DNA of 34,082 nucleotides, taken from positions 1 through 34,082 of the forward strand of contig NW_024705569.1 in assembly GCF_018977255.1 (NCBI RefSeq), read 5' to 3'. Position 1 is the first letter of the stretch; each line of letters begins with the position of its first letter. Both the position numbers and the translations under genes were made by a program. The notes below the pieces were generated by a model. The model was not told the origin of the DNA and ran no database searches. It saw only the letters and a list, made by a program, of their open reading frames with translations. The stretch comes from Callorhinchus milii (Eukaryota). Positions 21,342-33,369 of this stretch are shown here, piece after piece.

Positions 21342-22229
21342 AGATCCACCGCTGCCACCCCTGGGCCTGCAGGCCGATCCACTGCCGCCACCCCAACGTC
21401 TGCAGGCCGATGCACCGCCGCCACCCCAGCGTCTGCAGGCCGATACTACTGCCGCCACCCCAACGTCTGCAGGCCGTGCCACCGCCGCCACCCCAACGTC
21501 TGCAGGCCTATCCACTGCCGCCACCCCAGCGTCTGCAGGCCGATCCACCGCCGCCACCCCAGCATCTGCAGGCCGATCCACCGCCGCGACCCGTGCATCT
21601 GCAGGCCGATCCAGAACCGCTACCCCAACGTCTGCAGGCGGATCCACCACCGCCATCCCTGGGCCTGCAGGCCGATCCACCACCACCACCCCAGCGTCTG
21701 CAGGCCGATCCACCACCGCGATCCCTGGTCCTGCAGGCCGATCCACCGCCGCCACACCAGCGTCTGCAGGCCGATCCACCACCGCCATCCCTGGGCCTGC
21801 ACGCCGATCCACCACCACCACCCCAGCGTCTGGAGGCCGATCCACCGCCGCCACCCCAACTTCTGCAGGCCGATCCACCGACGCCACCCCAGCGTCTGCA
21901 GGCCGATCCACCGCCGCCACCCCCAGCGTTTGCAGGCCGATCCACCACCGACACCGCTGGGTCTGCAGCCGATCCACCACCACCACCCCAGCATCTGCAG
22001 GCCGATCCATCTCCGCCACCCCAGCGTCTGCAGGCCGATCCACCATCACCACCCCAGCGTCTACAGGCCGATACACCAACGACATCGCTGGGTCTACAAG
22101 CCGATCCCCAACCACCACCCCAGCGACTGCAGTCCAATCTACCTCCGACACCGCTGGGTCTGCAGGCTGATCCACCGCGACACCCCAGCGTCTACAGGCC
22201 GATGCACCGTCGCCACCCCAGCGTCTGCA
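21342..22229 (+). repeat. 33-bp minisatellite, ~27 units (gccgatccaccgccgccaccccagcgtctgcag); degenerate units extend back to ~21000
   Basis: Direct inspection; frames read AGRSTAATPAS / LQADPPPPPQR / CRPIHRRHPSV. Confidence 0.95.
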
Positions 22230-22235
22230 TAGTCA

Positions 22236-23990
22236 ATACCCGTTGCAAAATACAATTGTTGGACTTTGAGATTCTTGCATTACGTGTAGTCATTCCACTT
22301 TCGATGTTTTGCGTTCAATGTTACGTGTGTGTAGTGTTGTAAATAACAGATGAATAAACTTCTTAAAGCACACACTGGTTTATTGTCTTTCTTCCAACAT
22401 AATCCCTATACACACACAGAGGGATATGCGGTTCCCTCACCCGTAGCCTAAGGAGGTACAGCCTCCGTACCTGGTGGGACCTACACACGGGTCTGGCTGC
22501 TAGCCTAGGGAGGTACAGCCTCCTAACTGGTGGGGACTATTCTCCGTCTAGCCGCTACCCTAGCGTCCTCCGGCTGGGACCTCGGGGAGGCTAGCTTGAC
22601 CCACCGCTGGCTCGGTGGGTCCCCTGACCACAGGTCACGCCGAGCCTTAGCTCTTACAAGAGCTGGAAGGCTGGGGAGCCAGGGTCCTGCCTGCCAGGAC
22701 CTATTCTCCCTTTGACCACTGGTAACACTGAGCCTTAGCTCTTAGAAGAGCTGGAAGGCTTGGTCCAGGGTCCTAGCCATCTTGAGCTGGATTGAGTCTT
22801 CGTCTGAGGAGAACTGGCAGGCGCTCCCCGCGCTCGCCCTTTTATACCCGTTTGTAACAGTCCTTATCCAATCCCATGCTCCCTCGTGGGACCCTTTAAT
22901 TGGTTCTCAAGAATCTGTGTTTTCGATCCTTTTTTACCCTAACTGACCCTTGGCCGTTGGTCTGGCGGGAAAGTGTGTTTACGATCCGCTCCCACCTTTC
23001 CCTGACCCCGGCCATTGGTCCCAGAGCGGTAACACTGCATTTCCCCTCTGATTACATAGTGCCCCGCAGGTTACCTAATAGAGTGTGTCTAGCACCTCTA
23101 CATGGGTAACGCCAAAACAAAGGCCAGGTGTTGTTTTCGAGAGGGCATAGCTGGGAGGGAGAGGGCAACTGTGGCAGAAAACCGGAGCTGGGTATGGAGT
23201 GATAGGCCATTCAGCTTCTTTACAGCGCGATTCAGCTGAAAAAAAGGCTATGCCACTGGAATAATTCAGAGTAAGACCTCCGCTCTGAAATCGGAGCTGG
23301 TCATAACCAAACTGCCCAGGTATGGGAACACATCGACTCTCTCCACAACTACCTATAATGCAGAGTTGAGGGGGGTGGAGTAGTTGAAGACATACAAAAT
23401 ATCCAGGCAGGTAGTGCTTTGATTTGGTAGGGCGAATGGTAAGGCCCTACCTCTCATTGGCACAATCCAGGTTCAACATCAAACTCTCCCACTCCTCGAA
23501 GTGAACAGCCTTTACGAGATCATAGCCACCATCATCAGCAAACAGATGATCAGTTGTTCTCTCTCTTTCCAGATCAAGAAAAACCGTGCGGCATGTTACA
23601 CGTTCATATTATTGTTACATTACGATTCATAGATTGAAGTAGATTTCAATACAGGAAGACCTCGCCTAGCATGACCCCATAGAACACTGATTCGTTCTAG
23701 TCATATGTGTGGGGCCAAATTATCTGTACTGACTTCTACCGCCAAGCTTGCTTCACAACATGTGTGCGTTTCTCCGGTTTCCTTCTATGTGCCGAACCCT
23801 GATGCTTGGAATTGGCCAAACAACTTAATGCAGGACAGAGCTGTGAATGAGTTACGAGACTCAATGTGGCTTTTGTGGGAACATCAAAGATATTTCTTGG
23901 TTTGATTGTTTACATGATTCAGCTCAGCAGCTGCACTGCGGTGTGCCAGCATTGCCACTGTGTCATGGTGGTAAAACCTATTGGAAATAA
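22236..23990 (-). mobile_element. RTE-clade LINE RT relic interrupted by a solo LTR
   Basis: Minus-strand translation HLFADD...GLTIRPTKSK...VERVDVFPYLGSLV...EVLL*I...FFQLNRAV...LSLHTQLRF, typical of RTE RT domains, with stops and frameshifts. Confidence 0.75.
22330..23102 (-). mobile_element. Solo LTR (~773 bp), Gypsy-type
   Basis: TGTAGT...CTCTACA termini; 4-bp TSD tgtg/tggg (perfect tgtg/tgtg in the duplicate); minus-strand TATAAAA ~22840-22846 and AATAAA ~22378-22383; empty site visible at ~17420. Confidence 0.8.
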
Positions 23991-24124
23991 AATGTTTAGC
24001 ACGCGTCGTGATTTTTTATTTTAAAAGTGTTAATCAAACGAATTACGGTGACGTCATGACCGAGTGAGCAGCAATGACCACTCCTACCCCTACATAAAAA
24101 ATACCTTTTTCAACCCAAAAAACC

Positions 24125-24872
24125 ATTCTTTGGTTCTTTCGGTTAAGTCACGTCTAAAGATAAAATAATAAATTAAAATAAAAGCATATTACGACGTTTC
24201 GATTGCAACACAAGCAATCATCATCAGGCAAAAAGGAATAGCAACAAAAATCTAACTAGAAAACTATAGACAGACATACAAGCAGACAGACATCACAAGG
24301 ACACACAGAGAGAGGACACATATCGACACAAAGAGAGGGGTCGTTTCTGTGACGGTCCCTTAAATATAGAGAGGGGGGCAGGGACGGAGAGAGGGAGGGG
24401 GCAGAGAAAATTAGCATATCAATGAGTGGCAAAGTGCTGCTGCTGCTCAAGTAAGTGGTTCAATCTTAATTAAGATTGAACCACTTCTACGGGGAAGTTT
24501 TAAGCTTATCTTTTTTCTCTCTCTGGCTATTTGTTCTCTCTGCCTGTGTCCTCTCTTTGGAAGTTTCACACTTAAACTCTAACTTAGCAATCTTTGAGAT
24601 ACGTAATCAACCAGGTTATGCGTTAATTGTGTGTTGACCGACTCTCTGTGTTGTATTACATCACATTTCGATATTTTGCCAGGTTATTTAATTTTAGTGT
24701 GCCTTTCTCCTAATTTACAAGCTTACGTGCCGTGCCACGTCGTCATCTTACTTGAGCAGCAGCAGCACTTTGCCACTCATTGATATGCTAATTTTCTCTG
24801 CCCCCTCCCTCTCTCCGTCCCTGCCCCCCTCTCTATATTTAAGGGACCGTCACAGAAACGACCCCTCTCTTT
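24125..24872. mobile_element. Penelope-like terminal region with internal inversion
   Basis: Starts with the ttctttggttctttcggttaagtcacgt end; arms 24330-24455 and 24747-24872; 34-bp perfect palindrome at 24453-24486. Confidence 0.75.
24189..24231 (-). ncRNA. Minimal hammerhead ribozyme motif
   Basis: Minus strand ttgc-CTGATGA-t-gattgc...gcaatc-GAAACGTC-gtaa. Confidence 0.7.
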
Positions 24873-25185
24873 TTTTCTTCTTGGTTCTTTCGGTAAAGTC
24901 ACGTAGAAGGGAAGTAATAAAATAATAAAAATAAAACATAATAAAACAATTCTCACGACGTTTCGGCCACAACGCAAGCAGCCGTCCTCAGGTGAAAACC
25001 AGGTCCGTCGAGGCGACAGAGTCTGAATGAAACAGCACACGAGCTTGGAGCATATATATAAGCTGGGCGCATTGACAAAGGAATTTGCATATCAAAAGGA
25101 ATTTAGCATATTTATGGGAAATGCAGGAATGTGATTAGTACTGCATATGCATGTGCATTATGCAGGATTAACAGCATCAAAGGGA
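24873..25185 (-). mobile_element. Second-subfamily Penelope-like insertion running into the gap
   Basis: Terminus identical to the 20172-20220 arm; absent from the duplicate copy after 34009. Confidence 0.7.
24950..24998 (-). ncRNA. Minimal hammerhead ribozyme motif, variant stems
   Basis: Minus strand ttttcac-CTGAGGA-c-ggctgc(ttgcgtt)gtggcc-GAAACGTC-gtgagaa. Confidence 0.75.
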
Positions 25186-25215
25186 NNNNNNNNNNNNNNN
25201 NNNNNNNNNNNNNNN
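25186..25215. other. Assembly gap (30 N)
   Basis: Run of n. Confidence 1.
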
Positions 25216-28200
25216 ACGCATGGTAGGTCCCAGCATAGTGAGGTATCACCTTGGTCGACCCGAAGATAGTGGTTACGGGTACATCACGGTAAGATTACCC
25301 CCATATTACTAATCTTTCGCGCTCGATGCTAAGGGGCGAGTTCGTGTTCAGGCCGTTGAAAGTAAAACTACTAATAATCCCTTGAGCCAGGTAGTTATCC
25401 ATTGTTACCCGCGCCAGTCCTTAAGTGGGGCGACTCGCTGCAATTGCTAAGACAGACGTATCGGCATCCACGTTATCCAGGTTCGCAAACGTTAGGCAAA
25501 TTGGTCTCAAAGTGAAGTAGATCAAAAGTTTCTTAAACCCACTCAGAATAGAAGGCGAGCACAGCAGATTGAAGCAAGTAGGTTGAAACTTCCTCAGTGT
25601 GTTGTAATCGTGCTCATTACCCTTGATTCACGAGAAGCCTCCGGTGCATCGAAAGTTTATCCGTATTCGGCGGCGCGGCGTCATATTGACCATTTTCCCC
25701 CTTAAGATGTGATGGGGGCGATGCAACAAAGAGATGGAGCCTGGCGAGCATTTGCTGCTTGCTGGCACTTGGAGAAGACCCCAGCCAGATCACACGTAAC
25801 ATCACACGCTAATTTAAGGGTGAATCATATCTGCTCAACGAATTGAAGGAATTTGACGAATCCCGGTTTTTTTTTGGATCAAAGTGAGTGAGACAATGGA
25901 AAAAGCAGCCAAGAAAGTCTTGCCGTCTTAGAAGGTCGTGAACCGACCCCACGATCGCGTCACCTCGGGGTCAGGGCCGACAAACTGGAGGTGGTTTATT
26001 ACACCAGTGGGTTCCCTGACCTTATCGCTCTCGAGCAGGTATCTTTAAGTAGTGCAAGTATACGTTCAGCTGTCTCGACCCGGATCGCTGCCGACTAGCA
26101 GGACGTGTGGAGGAGAGCTAAAGGACGCTTTGGCGACTCGTATTGTATAGGACTTGTTTCAGCCTAAAGAGTCGGAGACGGCCAACGGGCATGGCCTGGA
26201 ATTGATTCCAGATCTCGCTCCGTCACACGGAGCCTCCAAGCCATCCCAATCGCTGGTGCGTAAACATCACTCAGCACGCCAAGCGCTGCTCATAATGATG
26301 AGTACGCCCAAACTCTAGAGTAACAGCGCATATTGTAGTCTCGTGGAACATTAAATCTAGGACCTAGATCTTTGCGAAAAGAGGTCTCCGAATTCAGTGA
26401 AGTGCTTATGCTACTATCCGGGTTCGGACTCGCTCTGTACGCAGTAGGATAAGACCAAATCTAACCCGAAGGTGGCTCCACATTCACCACTGTTAAGAAT
26501 GCACACGTGGAGATAATGAAGGCGGGCCACTTCAGGTAAGGTAAGGTTGAAGTATGCAATGTCCGCTGCCAAGAGTATCTTGCGCACCGAGACCGAGGAT
26601 CCACCCAGTGTCACCCTCGTAGTTAGACGCTAAGTGCTTGCACATCGGAACCTAGTGATGACGATGGGGCCACACGGAATGACGCAGTCGGGGAAGCACT
26701 CTAAGGAATCTAATGCATACTCCTTCAGAGGGGTATGAATCAGTGGAAATATCGATTGTTATTACCGGACAGGCCTATTTCTCAACGCGGGTCATCTGAC
26801 GAGCTGTAAGATAAGCTTCCTAATCAGTACATGAGTCAACTTATACGTTAATTCCGGAAGTGGGTAGTTACTCGAGATCGAGGTAGTCATAGTGCTTTGG
26901 GAGTAAACTACACAGTCAAGGACGAAAAATTACGAGATGGGCGAGCAGGTGTAAGTTTGCGAACCAATTGATAGGGTTGAAATCGAGTTCGCAGTACACA
27001 TGTACCTCACGGGACGCACGGGAACGATACACTGGTAACGTTCGGACCGGGCTTAATGAGTACCGTTAGTGCAGCTTGGGAATAACAACGAGTCAACACC
27101 AGCCCACAGTCGGTTCGGCAGGAGCCTTGAAGTTGAGCTCTAGTAGAAAGAACATTGGCCCTCCGGCCTTGTTGGCAGGAATGACTGTTTGGGCAGCCCA
27201 CTACTCCGTCTCAGCTGGGCGTATACGGCAGCCTCTTTAGCTTACGCGTCGAGTGGAGCTGCGCTACCAAGAGAAACTCGTTAATTGACTGCGATGGGAT
27301 CAATTTTCCTCGATGGCTGCCTTAGCCCTATTGAAACAACGCTAACAAGGGTGTGCGCGCCGTGACTTTATGGCGGGTTGTCGAGGCCACCTGCCATCGT
27401 GGAGGTTACAAAGAGAGTTGAATCTGACAGGAGAAGTTGTTCCGATTCTGCGTCGCCAACGGCTACCTACCCTGGAGAATAGGGATCACAGGAGTGTATA
27501 AACGTGTTAGTGTGTAATGCTTCATTGTCGATCAATCCGTTGATGGCGTAAATATCGACCGCGCTATGGTTAGTAGCGTCCCCTGAGGGGTCACCCAGTA
27601 AATCCGTACCAGAATAATGGTCGTGACAGCGATTGCGATAACCTCACGACTGAGAGATTCCAGGGTGGCAGGACTGTATTGGGAGCGAGCGCTGAACCTG
27701 ATCCAAGGTTCTGGGCGCTACGCCTACTCACGATAATGTGATCGAAGGTTATACTTAGAGCTTGAGCGGCTAGGAATTGTGTGTCTAACTATTGGATAAA
27801 CAGGCCCTGCTGTTATGTGCGCCCAGAATTCTCAACACGTACATGCCTGCGTATCACATATGAGAGTGAGACGCACTCGCCTACTCAGATAGTGTCGATC
27901 ATATTAGAACGAGTAGTGATGACCTCCACCACATGGCCAGGCACTCCAGACTGTTGGCGTGCAATACGCTATCCAAAATTAAGTCTCGGGGTGTCGCTGC
28001 GACACGACTGGATTGGTTTGCCAGGACAGGCGTCGACTATGCGGGACGGAGCGTCATCTTTTCTCTGACGGCTGGAAGGTCGTGGCATCAGTGAACTTCC
28101 ATAAAAGCCTAATAGAGGTTGAGGTCGGGAGTTGCCCACAGATATCACCGCTACGCGAAGCGGACAAACAGAAAGCAAGGTTGACAGCATGGCGCCCTGG

Positions 28201-31196
28201 TCCACTCGAAAAGGGCGTTCTTGAACAGACGACGGAGATCAGTCCGGCGGAGTCTAGTAATGGTACTGGATTCCGTGAAACCATGAATCCGCCCTATTTT
28301 CATTTCGCGTATTCTATTGATAACACCGTCGTCCAGTAGATCTTGTGTATCCAGATAAATGCTTACTACAGTAGTGGTCAGTCAAGTGCTGCTCGACTCT
28401 GTCCCGGGAGATCTATCTCACGGCTATTGCCGGGATTCTGTCTTACTTCGTACTGGCGCCTTTTATGTCTCCTGAGTAGCTATCTGCTACTCTCCCACGG
28501 TACAAAATCATTTAGTAGTATATTATTCACGTCCAATTCTTCGAAGTCAGATCCAAATAAAATGCAATGGGATGGACGGGACGGCTGTACAAGTCCCAAA
28601 CTTGGTGGTGACTCACCTTAGATATACGACAATGAGGACTGGCGCATGTGATTTATGTGCACACCGAGAATCTCTAGGTAGTTACAGGTCCTTACGGGGA
28701 AGTGGTAAAACAGCGCGTATAATAGTGGACATTACAGGAAACCCGCAAGGACCACCAAAGCAGCTAGAAGCTGCAGCTAAACCTAGGTAGCCGCATGGAA
28801 GATAGGTCCCTAGGGATACTTAACGCAACTAGGATCAGAGCGCAGGTAGAGTAGTCTCGGCAAAAGTAGGGCGCCCCCCAGAGGACCGCAAACGTAAAGC
28901 CTTAGGATTAGCTTAGGCGATAGGATTCCTCACATAAGTGAGTAGTTGCCGACTGTAACATCATACGGTCCTATATAAGGAGCGCAGTAACAAAGTGTGA
29001 ACCACCTCGACCTACTCTCGGAGCAAACGGGCCGGCAACCGACCTTATCAGGGGCTTTTAAGCGTTAAGACGCCCATGATGTAATTGCGGGGTGAACGAG
29101 CGTTGAGGAAGACTTCGGTGGTGTATACCACTAGGCCATTGGTATTCAAGGACGCCGTCCCTTACTTTGCTCTACTATACAATTCCATACGAACTCTTGA
29201 AATCGCCAGTAGAAGTCTGAGCATATGGCCCGTGAGCCGAAGAACCCATAACTAAAGTTCCGAGGTTGTGTCGTGGATGCTGACCCTTCGGTCGAGATAG
29301 TGCGTGCTATTCCTCGAACAAGGTATTATCTAAGCGCAACCTGTCTTTGAAGAGTCCACTCAGGCCAGCGCAAACCGTCTAACATGGTAAGAGTACTCAG
29401 TCTGATTCCATTTCCGCGTACTGATAACATAATGTCACGTGGTGTAGACCCAGTGCAGAGTCAGGTCCGGTCTAAGCTTATTGTGGCGTCTGATCACCTG
29501 ATGTAGGTTCCTCTAAACAAGAGTTTAAGCTCGAAAGGATGTCTCATTTGCTCTAGAACTTGTACGTAGCTTGTTTACTTCGATCTAAGTGACGAATGGG
29601 CCCAGAACATGTTCGGGACTCGAGCAATGCAACTTTCGAGTACCGGGATGAAGGCTAGTAACAACCCCCTTCCATCTAGCTTTATCTTGATGCTGAGCAG
29701 ATCCCTAAAGGCAGGAAAGGGGAAGTCCCGTTTGATTAAGTGTGACGTGCTAAGCGTACACACCCACTTGAGTTAGCCAATCGAGATTGAAATGGATTTG
29801 GAGACTCTGAGCCACCGTCGGCGGAAGTGAACACAGCTCCCGGCCGGCCATCTAGCAGGTAACCAGGGCGATCTAGCACTAAGAGGACCGTGACTTACAA
29901 CCGCAGGCGAGTCCCCCAGTCAACTTCCCGCTCTGAGCTTCCATTGTCCTGGCTATATGCAGGTCAGTGGCGGATAAGGAGGACCCTCCATTTTCGAAGA
30001 ACTCGCTGAGAGTCCTAGAAAGTCAATAGTCTATGATTGCTCGAAAGTTACTGCTTTCTTTATTTTTTATCCGATAGGCGGAAGACTCGTCCATGTGTTT
30101 AACCAGGTATAGGATTACACCCCGAGTTAGATACCGCGTTTGCGTCGGTTTTAAGCAATTTCCGAGCATTGGCCTTACTCACGCACAACCAGGCAGGCAA
30201 CAGCTGCTCCGTTTTGTGAGTCCGCAATGTCAAATAACAGGAGAACATGTGGACTGTTGTCAGATAATGAGTCTGTAAACCTCATTGGAGAACGGCGTCT
30301 AAGTTACGGAGACTCACGGTACGAAGAATCGACCTCGCGTAACAGAGATGCTTAGAGTCCCATGAATCAGTGTAGTAACTATAGGTAGCTCTGCCGTAGC
30401 ACCGCATGCAGTTTCTTAGGAATTTCGGGGAGTCCTTTCGATGAAATAAGGTTGGAGGGCCACGTGCTGCGGATGAGTCTTTCCCGGAGGGTGTAATAAC
30501 AAGTAGTTCCCGGCAAACGTCCATTCAGCGAAGGTCTGTAAATTGACACTGCGTACTCCGGTGGTAGGCTCTGGACGTACCGGTTCATTTTCATTGAGTC
30601 AACAGGCCCGGTCTTTACGTGCGCTCGGCATACTGATCTAGCAGGGCGTGTGAGATCTGAACGCGATGAGGTCAAATAAGTCTGCCTTTGCTATTGAGCT
30701 GCACATTCGTTTTAGAGCTCCCTCAATAAGCCCTCCCGGGCGTTTCCGATATGTCGCTGGTCGTCAGCTTGAAATCTCCCTAATTCAGGAGAATGTGGGG
30801 CGCGTTGGACGGGGGGGTCAGGTATAGACTCCCGAGCACAATGAGCATTTTGCTTGTAACGTTCCGTCGCGCCATATGCAGTGCTCGTGAATTTCAAGTA
30901 AGCGAGACATACTGTAAAACTTGAACCATTCCGTGGTCGCCGTTGCAGCTGTTAGATATGTGCCTACAATGCGGTCTTTATTATGGGCAATCGAGGAGAG
31001 ACCCCAACTAAGCCTATGCCTAATCTGTGGCAGTTAATTGGAATACTCCGGACCCTGATCACGGTGCCCGCGATCCGCCTTTTTGCACATGACTTTTATA
31101 CAGAGCCCGGTGCATTGATAACCCATCGGCGGCGGCGAAGGTGGATCGCTCACGGAGTTGAGACGGCCCGATGGACCTCTCCGTTATCATTACTGG
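25216..31196. other. Featureless, random-looking ~6-kb block
   Basis: No SINE, LINE or microsatellite seen; roughly even base usage, abundant TpA and CpG; longest ORF wholly inside is 108 aa with no recognisable motif. Confidence 0.75.
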
Positions 31197-31477
31197 CGAC
31201 ATCGCTGGGTCTACAGCCGATCCCCAACCACCACCCCAGCGACTGCAGTCCAATCTCCGCCACCCCAGCGTCTGCAGGCCGATCCACCATCGCTCACCCC
31301 AGCGTCTACCAGGCCGATACACCTCCGACACCGCTGGGTCTACAGGCCGATGCACCGTCGCCACCCCAGCGTCTGCATAGTCAATACCCGTTGCAAAATA
31401 CAATTGTTGGACTTTGAGATTCTTGCATTACGTGTAGTCATTCCACTTTCGATGTTTTGCGTTCAATGTTACGTGTG

Positions 31478-32249
31478 TGTAGTGTTGTAAATAACAGATG
31501 AATAAACTTATTAAAGCACACACTGGTTTATTGTCTTTCTTCCAACATAATCCCTATACACACACAGAGGGATATGCGGTTCTCTCACCCGTAGCCTAAG
31601 GAGGTACAGCCTCCGTACCTGGTGGGACCTACACACGGGTCTGGCTGCTAGCCTAGGGAGGTACAGCCTCCTAACTGGTGGGGACTATTCTCCGTCTAGC
31701 CGCTACCCTAGCGTCCTCCGGCTGGGACCTCGGGAGGCTTGCTTGACCCACCGCTGGCTCGGTGGGTCCCCTGACCACAGGTCACGCCGAGCCTTAGCTC
31801 TTACAAGAGCTGGAAGGCTGGGGAGCCAGGGTCCTGCCTGCCAGGACCTATTCTCCCTTTGACCACTGGTAACACTGAGCCTTAGCTCTTAGAAGAGCTG
31901 GACGGCTTGGTCCAGGGTCCTAGCCATCTTGAGCTGGATTGAGTCTTCGTCTGAGGAGAACTGGCAGGCGCTCCCCGCGCTCGCCCTTTTATACCCGTTT
32001 GTAACAGTCCTTATCCAATCCCATGCTCCCTCGTGGGACCCTTTAATTGGTTCTCAAGAATCTGTGTTTTCGATCCTTTTTTACCTTAACTGACCCTTGG
32101 CCGTTGGTCTGGTGGGAAAGTGTGTTTACGATCCGCTCCCACCTTTCCCTGACCCCGGCCATTGGTCCCAGAGCGGTAACACTGCATTTCCCCTCTGATT
32201 ACATAGTGCCCCGCAGGTTACCTAATAGAGTGTGTCTAGCACCTCTACA
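31478..32249 (-). mobile_element. Solo LTR (duplicate copy) with a perfect TGTG TSD
   Basis: tgtg at 31474-31477 and 32250-32253. Confidence 0.8.
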
Positions 32250-33326
32250 TGTGTAACGCCAAAACAAAGGCCAGGTGTTCGAGAGGCATAGCTGGGAGGG
32301 AGAGGGCAACTGTGGCAGAAAACCGGAGCTGGGTATGGAGTGATAGGCCATTCAGCTTCTTTACAGCGCGATTCAGCTGAAAAAAGGCTATGCCACTGGA
32401 ATAATTCAGAGTAAGACCTCCGCTCTGAAATCGGAGCTGGTCATAACCAAACTGCCCAGGTATGGGAACACATCGACTCTCTCCACAACTACCTATAATG
32501 CAGAGTTGAGGGGGGTGGAGTAGTTGAAGACATACAAAATATCCAGGCAGGTAGTGCTTTGATTTGGTAGGGCGAATGGTAAGGCCCTACCTCTCATTGG
32601 CACAATCCAGGTTCAACATCAAACTCTCCCACTCCTCGAAGTGAACAGCCTTTACGAGATCATAGCCACCATCATCAGCAAACAGATGATCAGTTGTTCT
32701 CTCTCTTTCCAGATCAAGAAAAACCGTGCGGCATGTTACACGTTCATATTATTGTTACATTACGATTCATAGATTGAAGTAGATTTCAATACAGGAAGAC
32801 CTCGCCTAGCATGACCCCATAGAACACTGATTCGTTCTAGTCATATGTGTGGGGCCAAATTATCTGTACTGACTTCTACCGCCAAGCTTGCTTCACAACA
32901 TGTGTGCGTTTCTCCGGTTTCCTTCTATGTGCCGAACCCTGATGCTTGGAATTGGCCAAACAACTTAATGCAGGACAGAGCTGTGAATGAGTTACGAGAC
33001 TCAATGTGGCTTTTGTGGGAACATCAAAGATATTTCTTGGTTTGATTGTTTACATGATTCAGCTCAGCAGCTGCACTGCGGTGTGCCAGCATTGCCACTG
33101 TGTCATGGTGGTAAAACCTATTGGAAATAAAATGTTTAGCACGCGTCGTGATTTTTTATTTTAAAAGTGTTAATCAAACGATTACGGTGACGTCATGACC
33201 GAGTGAGCAGCAATGACCACTCCTACCCCTACATTAAAAAATACCTTTTTCAACCCAAAAAACATTCTTTGGTTCTTTCGGTTAAGTCACGTCTAAGATA
33301 AAATAATAAATTAAAATAAAAGCATA

Positions 33327-33369
33327 TTACGACGTTTCGATTGCAACACAAGCAATCATCATCAGGCAA
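33327..33369 (-). ncRNA. Minimal hammerhead ribozyme motif (duplicate of 24189-24231)
   Basis: Same sequence as 24189-24231. Confidence 0.7.

Noticed and set aside
21342..22229. CRISPR-like array
   Set aside because: The units are contiguous with no unique spacers, there are no cas genes, and the context is eukaryotic
21030..22342. Long ORFs in five or six frames (400, 363, 327, 310 and 209 aa)
   Set aside because: They are by-products of a stop-free 33-bp tandem repeat; only the AGRSTAATPAS frame has independent support
25217..25846. Frame with only TAA/TAG stops for ~200 codons (possible alternative genetic code)
   Set aside because: Expected by chance among several frames; the peptide has no recognisable character and TGA follows
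27781..28790. Cluster of overlapping 70-108-aa ORFs
   Set aside because: Lengths are as expected for random ~50% GC sequence; no motifs
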